A stretch of DNA of 64,000 nt from an uncultured Methanosarcinales archaeon (lineage in GTDB: Archaea; Nanobdellota; Nanobdellia; Woesearchaeales; CAYSVS01), in assembly GCA_964589485.1 (NCBI GenBank), contig CAZPRK010000004.1, forward strand, positions 20,611 through 84,610, in the 5' to 3' direction. Shown piece by piece: positions 47,947 to 57,712 of this stretch. The first letter of the stretch is position 1. The number at the start of each line of letters is the position of its first letter. The position numbers and the translations under genes are program-made. The notes beneath the pieces are model-generated. The model searched no databases. It was not told where the DNA came from and was given only the letters and a program-made list of their open reading frames with translations.

Positions 47947-49259
47947 GTGTTTTTAAGGCATACGATATAAGAGGACTCTTTCCTGAAGAAATAAATGAAG
48001 AATTAGCTTATAAATTTGGTCGTGCATTTGTGACTTTTTTAAATTGTAAAGAAGTTGTTGTTGGGTATGATATGAGAAGTTCTTCTGAAGTTTTATGTTC
48101 AGCTTTAATTAAAGGAATTATTGATCAAGGTGCTAAAGTTTATAACATTGGTTTAGCATCAACACCTATGCTTTATTTTGCAGCAAAAGATAAAGAAGCT
48201 GCAATAATGATTACTGCTTCTCATAACCCTGGTGAATTTAATGGATTTAAGTTATGTAGAAATAATGCAATGCCAATTAGTGGCGAAACTGGAATTAAAG
48301 AAATTGAAAAATTAGTAGAAAATACATTTGTTGATGCTGAGAAAGGAGAAGAAATAAAGCTTAATATTATAGATAAATTTATTGAACATAATATGAATTT
48401 TTTTAATCAAAACAATTTAAAAATTGTTTTTGATTTTGGAAATGCAATAGGTGCATATTCACATAAATTAATTTGGGATAAATTAAATTTCACAAAAATA
48501 TATATGTATGATGAACTTGATGGAACATTTCCAAATCATATTCCTGATCCTTTAAATTTAGATAATGTAAAAGATTTACAAAAAAAAGTAGTAGAAGAAA
48601 ATGCTGACTTTGGAGTTGCAATTGATGGTGATGCAGATAGATGTGTTTTTATTGATGAAAAAGGTCAATATATAAGTTCAGATTTAATAACTGCATTAAT
48701 TGCAAAAGAAATATTATGTAATAACCCAGGTGAAAAAATTCTTTATGATTTAAGAAGTAGTAAAGCAGTTAAAGAAGTAATTAGGGAAAATAAAGGATTT
48801 CCAGTTAAATCAAGGGTTGGACATTCTTTTATTAAATCACAAATGCGTGAAGAAAATTCAATTTTTGCAGGAGAATTATCTGGACATTTTTATTATAGAG
48901 ATAGTTTTTTTACTGAAAGTAGTATTATTACTATAATGAAAATTATGAATTTAGTTAAAGATAAATCTTTAAGTAGATTAATTCAACCAATTAAAAGATA
49001 CTTTTCTTCTGGAGAAATTAATTCGGATGTAGAAGATAAGGATTTGAAAATGAAAGAAATTGAATCTAAATTTAGTTCAGCTAAAAACATTTTATGGTTA
49101 GATGGTTTAACTATTGAGTTTGAAGATTGGTGGTTTAATTTAAGACCAAGTAATACTGAGAATAAATTACGGTTAAATTTAGAAGCTAATTCTCAAATTT
49201 TAATGGAACAAAAAAGAGATGAAGTGTTAAGTATGGTTCGCAACATCATCAAAACATAA
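47943..49259 (+). CDS. phosphomannomutase/phosphoglucomutase
   Basis: FKAYDIRG, TASHNP, DGDADR, GELSGH, RPSNTE. Confidence 0.95.
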   Translation: MSVFKAYDIRGLFPEEINEELAYKFGRAFVTFLNCKEVVVGYDMRSSSEVLCSALIKGIIDQGAKVYNIGLASTPMLYFAAKDKEAAIMITASHNPGEFNGFKLCRNNAMPISGETGIKEIEKLVENTFVDAEKGEEIKLNIIDKFIEHNMNFFNQNNLKIVFDFGNAIGAYSHKLIWDKLNFTKIYMYDELDGTFPNHIPDPLNLDNVKDLQKKVVEENADFGVAIDGDADRCVFIDEKGQYISSDLITALIAKEILCNNPGEKILYDLRSSKAVKEVIRENKGFPVKSRVGHSFIKSQMREENSIFAGELSGHFYYRDSFFTESSIITIMKIMNLVKDKSLSRLIQPIKRYFSSGEINSDVEDKDLKMKEIESKFSSAKNILWLDGLTIEFEDWWFNLRPSNTENKLRLNLEANSQILMEQKRDEVLSMVRNIIKT

Positions 49260-49296
49260 GAAAACTTTTATAAACTTCTTATTATTTGATAGTAAT

Positions 49297-50256
49297 ATGC
49301 TTACTTATAAAGAAAAGTTATGTTTCTGGGGTTTAGTCGAATATCCTAATTTAAACGATCAACAATTATCTGAAAAAATTAATTTAAAAAGGTCAACTAT
49401 AACTTCTATTAGAAATAAATTAATAAAAAATAATTTTTTTAAAAATTTATATATTCCTAATTTATCTCAATTGAATTGTGAAATAGTTTCCATATTGTTT
49501 GGATCTTTAAAAAATAACGATGATGAAAATATTTTTGAAAAAATAACTAAATCATCAAGTGTAATTTATGCAAATTTTTCCAAATCTAAATTTTTTATTA
49601 TATTTGCGGAAAACAATTATTCTTCTTTTTTAAGTAATTGTTATAATTGTTTAGATATTCTTGAAGCAAAAAATATGCTTAAAAACTATAGTTATGTTAA
49701 TTTTCCTTTAAGTATTTCAAATGTTCATAAATTTTTAGATTTTTCTAATATTTTAAAAAAATTATATAATTTAGAAGTTACTTCAGATAAAGTAGATTTT
49801 AAAATAAAAAAATTAAAACTTACTAAGAAAGAAAAATTAGTTTTTAAACATTTAGTTGCTAACCCTAATGAGACAGATACTTTTATTTCTCATAATACGG
49901 ATGTTGCTAGACCAACTATTAGTTCAATTAGAAAAAAGTTAATTCTAAATGGATTTTTAACAGCGTTAAGAGTTCCTAATTTTACCAAGCTACCTTTTGA
50001 GTTATTAGTATTAAGTCATGTGAAATTAAAAAATAATAATTCAGATTGGTTTAATAAGAATTTTAGTTTTTTAGCTTTAGCAAATAAACGAAATGGTTTT
50101 TCTTTAGGTTTGTATAAGGAATATAAGGATTCATTTGATATTTTGAGTGAAAAAAGTTTATTTAAATCTGAGCCAAACGAATTATTATTTTCATTAAAGG
50201 AAACGTATAAAGAAAAAATTTGTTTTTCTGAATTAATAAATCAGGCTTTTAAATGA
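49297..50256 (+). CDS. tandem-duplicated winged-HTH (Lrp/AsnC-like) regulator
   Basis: Two repeats LT.KEKL..LV..P..D.....RSTI/RPTI.SIR.KL....F....PN. Confidence 0.7.
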   Translation: MLTYKEKLCFWGLVEYPNLNDQQLSEKINLKRSTITSIRNKLIKNNFFKNLYIPNLSQLNCEIVSILFGSLKNNDDENIFEKITKSSSVIYANFSKSKFFIIFAENNYSSFLSNCYNCLDILEAKNMLKNYSYVNFPLSISNVHKFLDFSNILKKLYNLEVTSDKVDFKIKKLKLTKKEKLVFKHLVANPNETDTFISHNTDVARPTISSIRKKLILNGFLTALRVPNFTKLPFELLVLSHVKLKNNNSDWFNKNFSFLALANKRNGFSLGLYKEYKDSFDILSEKSLFKSEPNELLFSLKETYKEKICFSELINQAFK

Positions 50257-51443
50257 AAAGTAGTTACTTCTTTTACTTTAACATTAACTGTTTCTCCTAA
50301 TATCTGTTTTGAATCAAAAACAATAGGTTTATACGCAAAGTTTCTTCCCATATTGATATTGTCAATTAAAACTTCACCTTGCCACTCGTTCCAAGATTTA
50401 TTTCTTTCTAAAGAAATTTGTTTAAATAATTCAGTTAGTCTTTTAGATCTATCATTAATAATTCCTTGATGTAATTGTTTCATTTTACTTGCGGGAGTGT
50501 TTGGTCTTGCACTATATTTTGAGATATTAATAACATCAAATCTAATTTTATTAACTAAATCTAAAGTTTCCAGAAATTGTTCTTCAGTTTCAGTTGGAAA
50601 TCCAACTATAATATCTGTGGCAAGGGTAATTCCTTTTAATTTATTACATATGTCAATAAATTGTTCTACTGTGTATCTTCTATTCATGTCTTTTAGAACT
50701 TGATTATTACCACTTTGTACAGGGATATGAATAAATTTAAACATTTTAGGATGTTGAAGTATCTCAAATATTTCGTCAACCATATCTATTAAATGGTTAG
50801 GGTTTCCCATACCTATCCTTATTTTATATTCTCCTTCAATTTTTAACAGTTCTTTTAATAACCCACATAAATTCGTTCCAATATCTTTCCCGTAAGCTCC
50901 GTTGTCTTGAGAAGTTAACCAAATTTCTTTTGCACCTTCTTTTATTGCATTTTTCATTTGCTTAACTATACCTTCAACACTATATGAATACAAATGTCCT
51001 CTTGCTGCTTTAGTTTGACAAAAACTACATCTATCTAAACATCCTTGACATATTGGAATAATTTCTATAATATCGTTTTTTCTTATTTTTGGTAAATTTA
51101 ACCTTTCATTTTTTTCTCTTTTAATCATAGAAACAATATTTCCTTCTAAGGTTTCTTCAACAACTTCTACAATTTTATGTATTTGATCAGTTCCAATGCA
51201 AGAATAATCTAATTTTTGAGTTTGAGCAATACATCCAGCTAAAATTACTTTTTTATCTTTATATTGTTCTAGAAATTTCTTAAAATTCTTTATAGTTTGA
51301 TCTTTTACTGTACAAGTATTAATAATAATTAAATCTCCATCTTCTCCTATCTCATATCCTGCTTTATTTAATATTCCTTGCATAATTTCAGAATCTGCTT
51401 GATTCATACTACATCCAAAGGTTTTAAAGCTAATTTTAACCAT
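50241..51443 (-). CDS. MiaB-like tRNA methylthiotransferase (archaeal t6A 2-methylthiotransferase type)
   Basis: TFGCSMN, NTCTVK, GCLDRCSFC, HIPVQSG, TDIIVGFPTE. Confidence 0.92.
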   Translation of the reverse strand: MVKISFKTFGCSMNQADSEIMQGILNKAGYEIGEDGDLIIINTCTVKDQTIKNFKKFLEQYKDKKVILAGCIAQTQKLDYSCIGTDQIHKIVEVVEETLEGNIVSMIKREKNERLNLPKIRKNDIIEIIPICQGCLDRCSFCQTKAARGHLYSYSVEGIVKQMKNAIKEGAKEIWLTSQDNGAYGKDIGTNLCGLLKELLKIEGEYKIRIGMGNPNHLIDMVDEIFEILQHPKMFKFIHIPVQSGNNQVLKDMNRRYTVEQFIDICNKLKGITLATDIIVGFPTETEEQFLETLDLVNKIRFDVINISKYSARPNTPASKMKQLHQGIINDRSKRLTELFKQISLERNKSWNEWQGEVLIDNINMGRNFAYKPIVFDSKQILGETVNVKVKEVTTFHLKA

Positions 51444-51498
51444 TTTTATTTGAAAAAAACCACTATATTTAAATATAACTTCTAGTTTTTGCCATTCT

Positions 51499-51807
51499 AT
51501 GAAATTACCAAAAGCTATGAATAGACTTTGTCCATACTGTAAGAAACATACTGAGCATAAAGTAACTCAGAATAAGAAAAAACAAGCTTCTAGTTTAACT
51601 TATGGTAGTAAAGTTAGAGCTAAATTAAGAGGAAGGGCTAGAGGTACAGGTAATTTGGGAAGATATTCTAAGCCAGCAGTTACTAAATTTAAAAGAACTG
51701 GTGCTAAACAAACTAAAAAGACAGACTTAAGATATGAATGTAAAGACTGTAAAAAGATGCATATGCAAAAGAAAGGCATTAGAGCTAAAAAAGTTGAATT
51801 TGTTTAA
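51499..51807 (+). CDS. rpl44e: 50S ribosomal protein L44e
   Basis: CPYCKKHTEHKV...TKKTDLRYECKDC. Confidence 0.95.
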   Translation: MKLPKAMNRLCPYCKKHTEHKVTQNKKKQASSLTYGSKVRAKLRGRARGTGNLGRYSKPAVTKFKRTGAKQTKKTDLRYECKDCKKMHMQKKGIRAKKVEFV

Positions 51808-52787
51808 ATTTTTTCTATTTTCGGATACGTACCTGGAAGCATAAATACTTTTTTAGAATTAACAGCTACACCTTTTTCTTCATTTAATATTTGATTACTA
51901 TTCATTTTAACTTCTCCAACACTTATTAATTCATTTTTAAGTGTCATGATGGCAACAGTTTGATCAATTTCAATATCACTTTCTACTTTAGAAATTCCAG
52001 GGACATGTAAATTTGCACCATGGCATAAAGTATCTACAGTTGTATCTAATACCCATATTTTTGGCAAGTGACCTACAGCTTTTTCTATTGGTAATAATAC
52101 TCTTCTAATATAATCTTCATTATTTTCATCTTTCCATAATTGTAATGCGTCCATACAGTCATGTAATGTAACTAATGTTTCTTCTTTAAATGGCCCAGTT
52201 TGACTTCTTCTTAATTCCGCCATATGAGCTCCGATTCCAAGTTTATCTCCAATATCTGAACAAAGTTTTCTCATATATGTTCCTGCTTGACACGCCACCC
52301 TAAATAAAACATCTTGTTCAACTATTTCCAAGATATCTAAAGAATATATTGTTCTATCTCTCCATTGTCTTTTAACAGCAGATTTGATTGGTGGAAGTTG
52401 TTTTATTGTTCCTATAAATTCATTCATAATTTTTCTAATTTTAGATTCATCAACTTCTTTATGTAAATGCATTAAAACGATATATTCTTTTCCAGAAGTT
52501 AATAATTGTTCAACTACTCTGGTTGCTCTTCCTATTGCGGTTGGTAAAACACCTGTAACTTTTGGATCTAATGTTCCGCTATGACCTGATTTATTTACAC
52601 TAAATATTTTTTGTATATAAGAACTTACTTGATGAGATGTAGGTCCTTTTGGTTTATCTAAGTTGATTATAGAATATTCTAACAATTCTTCAACTGTTCT
52701 TTCATTTGGATTTTTTCCATATTGTGAAGAAGTTTCTGTTTCTTTTTTAATTAATATTTTTCTATTTATATTCTCAAAAGGTAACAT
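51804..52787 (-). CDS. cbf5: H/ACA pseudouridine synthase Cbf5
   Basis: LDKPKGPTSHQV, GHSGTLDPKVTG, PUA domain, GTYPK. Confidence 0.96.
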   Translation of the reverse strand: MLPFENINRKILIKKETETSSQYGKNPNERTVEELLEYSIINLDKPKGPTSHQVSSYIQKIFSVNKSGHSGTLDPKVTGVLPTAIGRATRVVEQLLTSGKEYIVLMHLHKEVDESKIRKIMNEFIGTIKQLPPIKSAVKRQWRDRTIYSLDILEIVEQDVLFRVACQAGTYMRKLCSDIGDKLGIGAHMAELRRSQTGPFKEETLVTLHDCMDALQLWKDENNEDYIRRVLLPIEKAVGHLPKIWVLDTTVDTLCHGANLHVPGISKVESDIEIDQTVAIMTLKNELISVGEVKMNSNQILNEEKGVAVNSKKVFMLPGTYPKIEKI

Positions 52788-52820
52788 ATTCAGAAGTTAA
52801 TTTTATTTATATATAAAGGT

Positions 52821-53366
52821 TTACTTGATTTGTTCTTTTGTAGTTGGAGCTTTTACGGGAGTTGCCCCTGGTCCAGCAGAAGGTGCATCAGGTAAAGCAA
52901 TTTTATGTTTGACTGTAATTGTTTGTAACATCCATTTATCTCCATTACAATCCCATCCTGAGTCTTTTAATTGCGAACATCCGTAAGCTACAACATAATA
53001 TTCTCCTTCATTAAAAGTTTCTTTATTCATAGATATTTCTGTTGTTGCTGTTCCTTGGATCCAGTTAGATTCTTGAACTGTATCTTGGTCAAATGTAAAT
53101 CCTTGCCATTCGTTATTTAAATATATATATCCATTTTTCCAAATAAAACTTTGACTTTTCACAGTAAAACTATTTGATTTTAAACTTTCATCTACTTCAT
53201 AAACTATATCATTATCTACTGAGAATTTTCCTCTTGGAGATGCATATGCATCTAATGCAGAAGTTGCTTGTCCTACAACACCTGGAGACTCAGGATTAGG
53301 AGGAATATCATTATTTGAACAACCAATTAATAATATTGCAATTAAAAGTATTATATATTTTTTCAT
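52821..53366 (-). CDS. lipoprotein with Pro-rich segments
   Basis: LLIGC lipobox, IPPNPESPG, GC..GWDC...W, PDAPSAGPG. Confidence 0.75.
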   Translation of the reverse strand: MKKYIILLIAILLIGCSNNDIPPNPESPGVVGQATSALDAYASPRGKFSVDNDIVYEVDESLKSNSFTVKSQSFIWKNGYIYLNNEWQGFTFDQDTVQESNWIQGTATTEISMNKETFNEGEYYVVAYGCSQLKDSGWDCNGDKWMLQTITVKHKIALPDAPSAGPGATPVKAPTTKEQIK

Positions 53367-54304
53367 CTTTTTTTATTTATATACTTTCTCCTATATATAT
53401 TTTTTCTTTTATATTCATGAATTATAAATAAACTAATTAAGATTAATGCTAAAATTAACACAGTATACCCATCACAAACATTCCCTTGAAATAATTTTTT
53501 AGATAAAAAAACTTCAATTAAAGCTGCAACTCCAAGAACAATTACACTTAAAATTAATAAAATAAATGAATCTTTAACTATTATTTTGAAGCTATTAGAC
53601 ATAAATCTCTCTTTAGCGTATGCTTTTGACAATACTCCTCCTGCTATTGCTGCAATAAAATATCCGCCAAGTTCAGGAAGCATATGAAAAAACATTATAG
53701 CTGTATTACAGGATAAAAAAGTAAATGTAAACAGTATACTTGAATTAACTAATTTTAGTTTCACAGATTGAGCTAATGCTGATGCAAATATTGAAGCGTT
53801 CAATGTAATTAAAAAAATAGCTCCGCTTCCATAAAATAATGATAACAAGAAACAAATAAACATTACTAATAAATTATTTAAAAATATAGATTTTAATAAA
53901 CTTTCTTGAATTATTGGTGGCGGAGGTAAGTTGCCTGATACATATTCAACTTTTTTTTGAGTTAATCCTGATAAAACCATTTCTGGAGAGAAATAAGCTA
54001 TAACTAAGAAAACTAAAAATGTTCCAATGAAAAAATATATGAAAAAATCAAGTATAGTTTCATGTTTTTGCCAGAATGTTTTTTTACTTTTTTCTAATTT
54101 TTCTTCCATGCTTAGAAGTTTATTTATACTTGGTAAGGTTAAAATAACAATGAAAAATATTGTTGCTACTCCTATAAAATTAGGTGTTCTCTGAAATAAA
54201 ATCCATGCTGTAAAAAATGAAATAATTGTATATATTACACCCATATAAAAACTATATATATGTTTTTTTTCTAACCATTTTTCTTTAAATAATTTTTCAA
54301 TCAT
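53363..54304 (-). CDS. SpoIIM-family multi-pass membrane protein
   Basis: IFLNNL, LFYGSGAIFLITLNASI, HMLPELGGYF, AALIE. Confidence 0.85.
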   Translation of the reverse strand: MIEKLFKEKWLEKKHIYSFYMGVIYTIISFFTAWILFQRTPNFIGVATIFFIVILTLPSINKLLSMEEKLEKSKKTFWQKHETILDFFIYFFIGTFLVFLVIAYFSPEMVLSGLTQKKVEYVSGNLPPPPIIQESLLKSIFLNNLLVMFICFLLSLFYGSGAIFLITLNASIFASALAQSVKLKLVNSSILFTFTFLSCNTAIMFFHMLPELGGYFIAAIAGGVLSKAYAKERFMSNSFKIIVKDSFILLILSVIVLGVAALIEVFLSKKLFQGNVCDGYTVLILALILISLFIIHEYKRKNIYRRKYINKKR

Positions 54305-54942
54305 TTTAATACATTTTTTATTGTATCTTCATTATACCCAGATTGTTCAAGTTGTTGTTTAATTGCATCATTACTATAACCTGAATTTCTCATTTGTTGT
54401 ACATATGAAAAAACTTGTGGAGATATAACCGGTTTTCTAAGATAAATTATTAATCCTATAATAAGACTAATTAAAGTAATAGAAACTATTGTAATTAAAA
54501 TTAAATTATTATTTTCAGAATTTAATGAATTGAAAATTTCAGTAGGACTTTGTTTTGTTGCTTGACTACTTTCTTCATTATTGTTATTTTCAATTGCTTG
54601 ATTTTGTGATTCTGCTTGATTTGTAGTGAAACCTTCATCTAGACTTTCTTCTTCATTTGATTGATCTTCTTCTAAGAATTCTTCATCTTCTAATGTCTCT
54701 TCTTTTAAGAATTCTTCATCTTCTAATGTCTCTTCTTTTAAGAATTCTTCATCTTCTAATGTCTCTTCTTCTAAGAATTCTTCATCTTCTAATGTCTCTT
54801 CTTCTAAGAATTCTTCATTTTGAACTTCTCCTAATCCACCTGGGCTTGGAGGTGGAGCTGGAATTGCACCAATTAAAAAAATTAAACCTAATAATAAGAA
54901 AATCACTATGTTTCTTTTTATTATTGTTTTCACCTTTGACAT
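54301..54942 (-). CDS. membrane protein with acidic 11-aa tandem repeats
   Basis: Signal/TM, IPAPPPSPGG, (EEFL[E/K]EETLED)n, second TM, C-terminal helical motif. Confidence 0.8.
   Translation of the reverse strand: MSKVKTIIKRNIVIFLLLGLIFLIGAIPAPPPSPGGLGEVQNEEFLEEETLEDEEFLEEETLEDEEFLKEETLEDEEFLKEETLEDEEFLEEDQSNEEESLDEGFTTNQAESQNQAIENNNNEESSQATKQSPTEIFNSLNSENNNLILITIVSITLISLIIGLIIYLRKPVISPQVFSYVQQMRNSGYSNDAIKQQLEQSGYNEDTIKNVLK
54665..54818. repeat. 33-bp tandem repeat, four full copies plus a partial
   Basis: Unit TCTTCTT(C/T)TAAGAATTCTTCATCTTCTAATGTC at 54665, 54698, 54731, 54764; partial at 54797. Confidence 0.95.
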
Positions 54943-54993
54943 TATACTTTTATATTACTTAAATGTATTTGTTTTAAAAAAAAGAAAAAAAAT

Positions 54994-55662
54994 TTAAAGT
55001 CTTCTTCTTAAGTTTTTCACCATTGATTTAGCTTCATCTTTTAATCCAAGACCAAATCCTATTCCTAAAGCTAATGCAATGGCAAATACAACTCCCGATA
55101 AAACTATCAAGAATGAACTTTGTGCAAGCATAACATTAATTCCTAATTGTGCTAATGCTAGAATAGCTGCAAAAATTAAGATTACGACTTTAAGTACTTC
55201 TGCAATTATTGCTGCACCTGTTGCTTTTGTTTTTAATACTGCTGCTTCAACGTATTGAGCAAACATAAATCCTATTACACCAAATGCTACAGCTGCAATT
55301 AAACTAGGAACCCAAATAGCTAGATTTATGAAAAACACGCTTAATGTTTTCAAGTTAGTTATTTCTGCAGCAGGATTTAAGAATAAAATGAACACATACC
55401 ATTTCGCAACTGCTCCCAGGAAATAAGTTAAGTCAAATCCCCCTAAAAATTTTTTTGCATTTGTTTTTTTGCTTAACAAACTTACAAGTCTTGTTTGTTC
55501 AACAATTTTTCTTACTATATGGCCTATTAATTCAGCAACTAAATAACCTACAATTAAAATAATAATCGCACCAATTAATCCAGGTAATGCTTGAAGTAGT
55601 CCATTGAAAATACTTACTAATGGATTGATTATAGCACTACTTGTTTGTTCTAGAAACGTCAT
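54994..55662 (-). CDS. MscS-related TM-helix-repeat membrane protein (CmpX-like)
   Basis: LPGLIGAIIILIVG / WVPSLIAA repeats, ALAQLGI, ALGIGFGLG. Confidence 0.82.
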   Translation of the reverse strand: MTFLEQTSSAIINPLVSIFNGLLQALPGLIGAIIILIVGYLVAELIGHIVRKIVEQTRLVSLLSKKTNAKKFLGGFDLTYFLGAVAKWYVFILFLNPAAEITNLKTLSVFFINLAIWVPSLIAAVAFGVIGFMFAQYVEAAVLKTKATGAAIIAEVLKVVILIFAAILALAQLGINVMLAQSSFLIVLSGVVFAIALALGIGFGLGLKDEAKSMVKNLRRRL

Positions 55663-55720
55663 CGTTTCACCCCCTTTTTTAGTAACTTTTGTTGTTATCT
55701 TTTATAAACTTTACTAAAAA

Positions 55721-56065
55721 TTATTTTGGAAAATACTGAGAAAGAACTTTAACTAAATTTTCACCAATTTCATTTGATTTTTCGATTACATGTTTAGTGA
55801 TACTATACATTTCATTCATTGGTATGCTTGTAACTATACAAGTAGGCGTGTCTGTATTTAATATTTTAAAAGCTTCCATTCCATCTATTCCAGGAGGCAT
55901 ATTATTATCAGTAATAATTAAATCGTATTTTTTTAATTGTGCACAATTTAGTAACTCTTTTGCATTAGTAACTTGTTTAATTTGAATATTTGGATTATAT
56001 TTATGAATAATTTGTCTAATTAAATTTCTATCAAATTCCAGATCTTCTGCATGAAGTATTTTCAT
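55721..56065 (-). CDS. standalone response-regulator receiver domain
   Basis: AED, YDLIITDNNMP, DG, VTS, EK. Confidence 0.88.
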   Translation of the reverse strand: MKILHAEDLEFDRNLIRQIIHKYNPNIQIKQVTNAKELLNCAQLKKYDLIITDNNMPPGIDGMEAFKILNTDTPTCIVTSIPMNEMYSITKHVIEKSNEIGENLVKVLSQYFPK

Positions 56066-56119
56066 AATTTTATTAGAATATGGTTCTTTATAAAATTTTA
56101 GTTAATAGTATTCTAAATA

Positions 56120-56698
56120 TCATATCATCACCTTCAATATCATAGGAGCAATATGTTTAAACATCCACCAATGAAATAAAATATGTGTTGCACTGAAAGT
56201 AAAACATTTTACTGGGTTACTTCCCATCATGTAATATAATGGCATTATTGTTAAGTTATACAATATTAATAAAGTTATTCCTGTTGAAAAAACATTTCCA
56301 TTGTAAATAAAGCTAGACATTATTCCTACTATTATGATTGCAACAAAACTTACTATTGTTTGAGGTGCTATTTTCATTGATAATATTTCTCCTAATAATA
56401 ATCCAACAAATCCAACAATTGCTCCGGCTAAAGGCCCATATGCAATTCCACATAAAACTGTTCCTGTAAAAACTAATTCAAAACCTAAACTCCATCTGAT
56501 TACTCTTTGATAAATCATAGAATACCCACCTATGATTACAAAAAGTAAAATAAAAAATAAAGCTTTAATAAATTTAAAAAGTGCAAGAAAGATTAAAATT
56601 AAAACAAAACTAATTAATAAGCAAACTCCTGTCCAAAATAAAAATGGTGATTTTTTTCTTATGTGTTTAATTACTTCTTTTGGTGTTAATTGTTTCAT
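56120..56698 (-). CDS. ECF S-component-like membrane protein (paralog 2)
   Basis: About six TMs, YGPLAGAIVG. Confidence 0.6.
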   Translation of the reverse strand: MKQLTPKEVIKHIRKKSPFLFWTGVCLLISFVLILIFLALFKFIKALFFILLFVIIGGYSMIYQRVIRWSLGFELVFTGTVLCGIAYGPLAGAIVGFVGLLLGEILSMKIAPQTIVSFVAIIIVGIMSSFIYNGNVFSTGITLLILYNLTIMPLYYMMGSNPVKCFTFSATHILFHWWMFKHIAPMILKVMI

Positions 56699-56700
56699 TT

Positions 56701-57267
56701 TTACATCATTAATTTTATTAAAATAGGAGCAACTTTACTCAACATCCACCAGTTAAATAATAAATGAGTAGCAGAGAAAGCTACTAATCTTATTGGGTTT
56801 CCGCCCATCATGTAATATAATGGTAATAAAATGATATTGTATGCTAGTAATAAAGTTATTCCTGTTACTGATACATTTCCAGTAAACATAAAATGTGCAA
56901 TTATTCCCACTATTGTGATTGCAATTAAACTTAAGAAAGTTATTGGAGCAAGTTTCATTGTTAATAATTTACCTAAGAATAATCCTAAAAATCCCACCAT
57001 TGCCCCTGCTAAAGGTCCATATGCAATGCTACATAATATTGTTCCTGAAAAAACTAATTCCATTCCCAAACTCCATTTGATATATACATGATACCACATT
57101 GAAAATGCTCCTGCTAGAATGAAAAAAATAATAAAAAATAATGCTCTTATATAATTAAATGTTAATATGAAAAATGTAATTGCTAAACAAATTGCAAAGA
57201 ATATTACTACACCCCAATAAAATCTTGGGTTTTTATTTCTAAGTTTTTGTACATAGTTCATATACAT
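56701..57267 (-). CDS. ECF S-component-like membrane protein (paralog 1)
   Basis: About six TMs, YGPLAGAMVG; collinear with 56120..56698. Confidence 0.6.
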   Translation of the reverse strand: MYMNYVQKLRNKNPRFYWGVVIFFAICLAITFFILTFNYIRALFFIIFFILAGAFSMWYHVYIKWSLGMELVFSGTILCSIAYGPLAGAMVGFLGLFLGKLLTMKLAPITFLSLIAITIVGIIAHFMFTGNVSVTGITLLLAYNIILLPLYYMMGGNPIRLVAFSATHLLFNWWMLSKVAPILIKLMM

Positions 57268-57343
57268 AGATTTATTTGTTAGTTATATAAATATAACTGA
57301 GTAAAAAGCAATCTTTAATAATAACTATAAATATCTAGAAAAT

Positions 57344-57712
57344 ATGAAAGAAGCTTTTAATGAACTTTTTGAAACTCAGAAAAAAAATAGAGAACAATGT
57401 CCATGGGCAAAAATCCAAAACATTGAAGGTTATTCACTTTATTTAAAAGATGAGTTAGAAGAATTGTTAACTGCAATTAAAAACAAAGACTGGAATAATG
57501 TAAAAGAAGAAACAGGAGATATGTTTTTAATTTTAGTATTTCTTTCAGTAATGGCAGAAGAGAAAGGTTTATTTACTTTAAAGGAAGTTATTCAAACTAC
57601 AACTGAAAAAATTAAGTTAAGAAAACCTTGGGTTTTTTCAGACATGAAAGGAATAGATAACCCTGAGAAAGCTTCACAAATGTGGAAAGAAATTAAAGAG
57701 AAATTAAAATGA
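57344..57712 (+). CDS. single-domain MazG nucleotide pyrophosphohydrolase
   Basis: CPWAKIQ, DELEEL, EETGD, RKPWVF. Confidence 0.9.
   Translation: MKEAFNELFETQKKNREQCPWAKIQNIEGYSLYLKDELEELLTAIKNKDWNNVKEETGDMFLILVFLSVMAEEKGLFTLKEVIQTTTEKIKLRKPWVFSDMKGIDNPEKASQMWKEIKEKLK

Noticed and set aside
54665..54818. 33-bp repeats as a CRISPR array
   Set aside because: Units are contiguous with no unique spacers, in frame within a CDS, and no cas genes are present
54657..54962. Plus-strand ORF with LLLRILHLLMS repeats
   Set aside because: Antisense shadow of the acidic repeat gene
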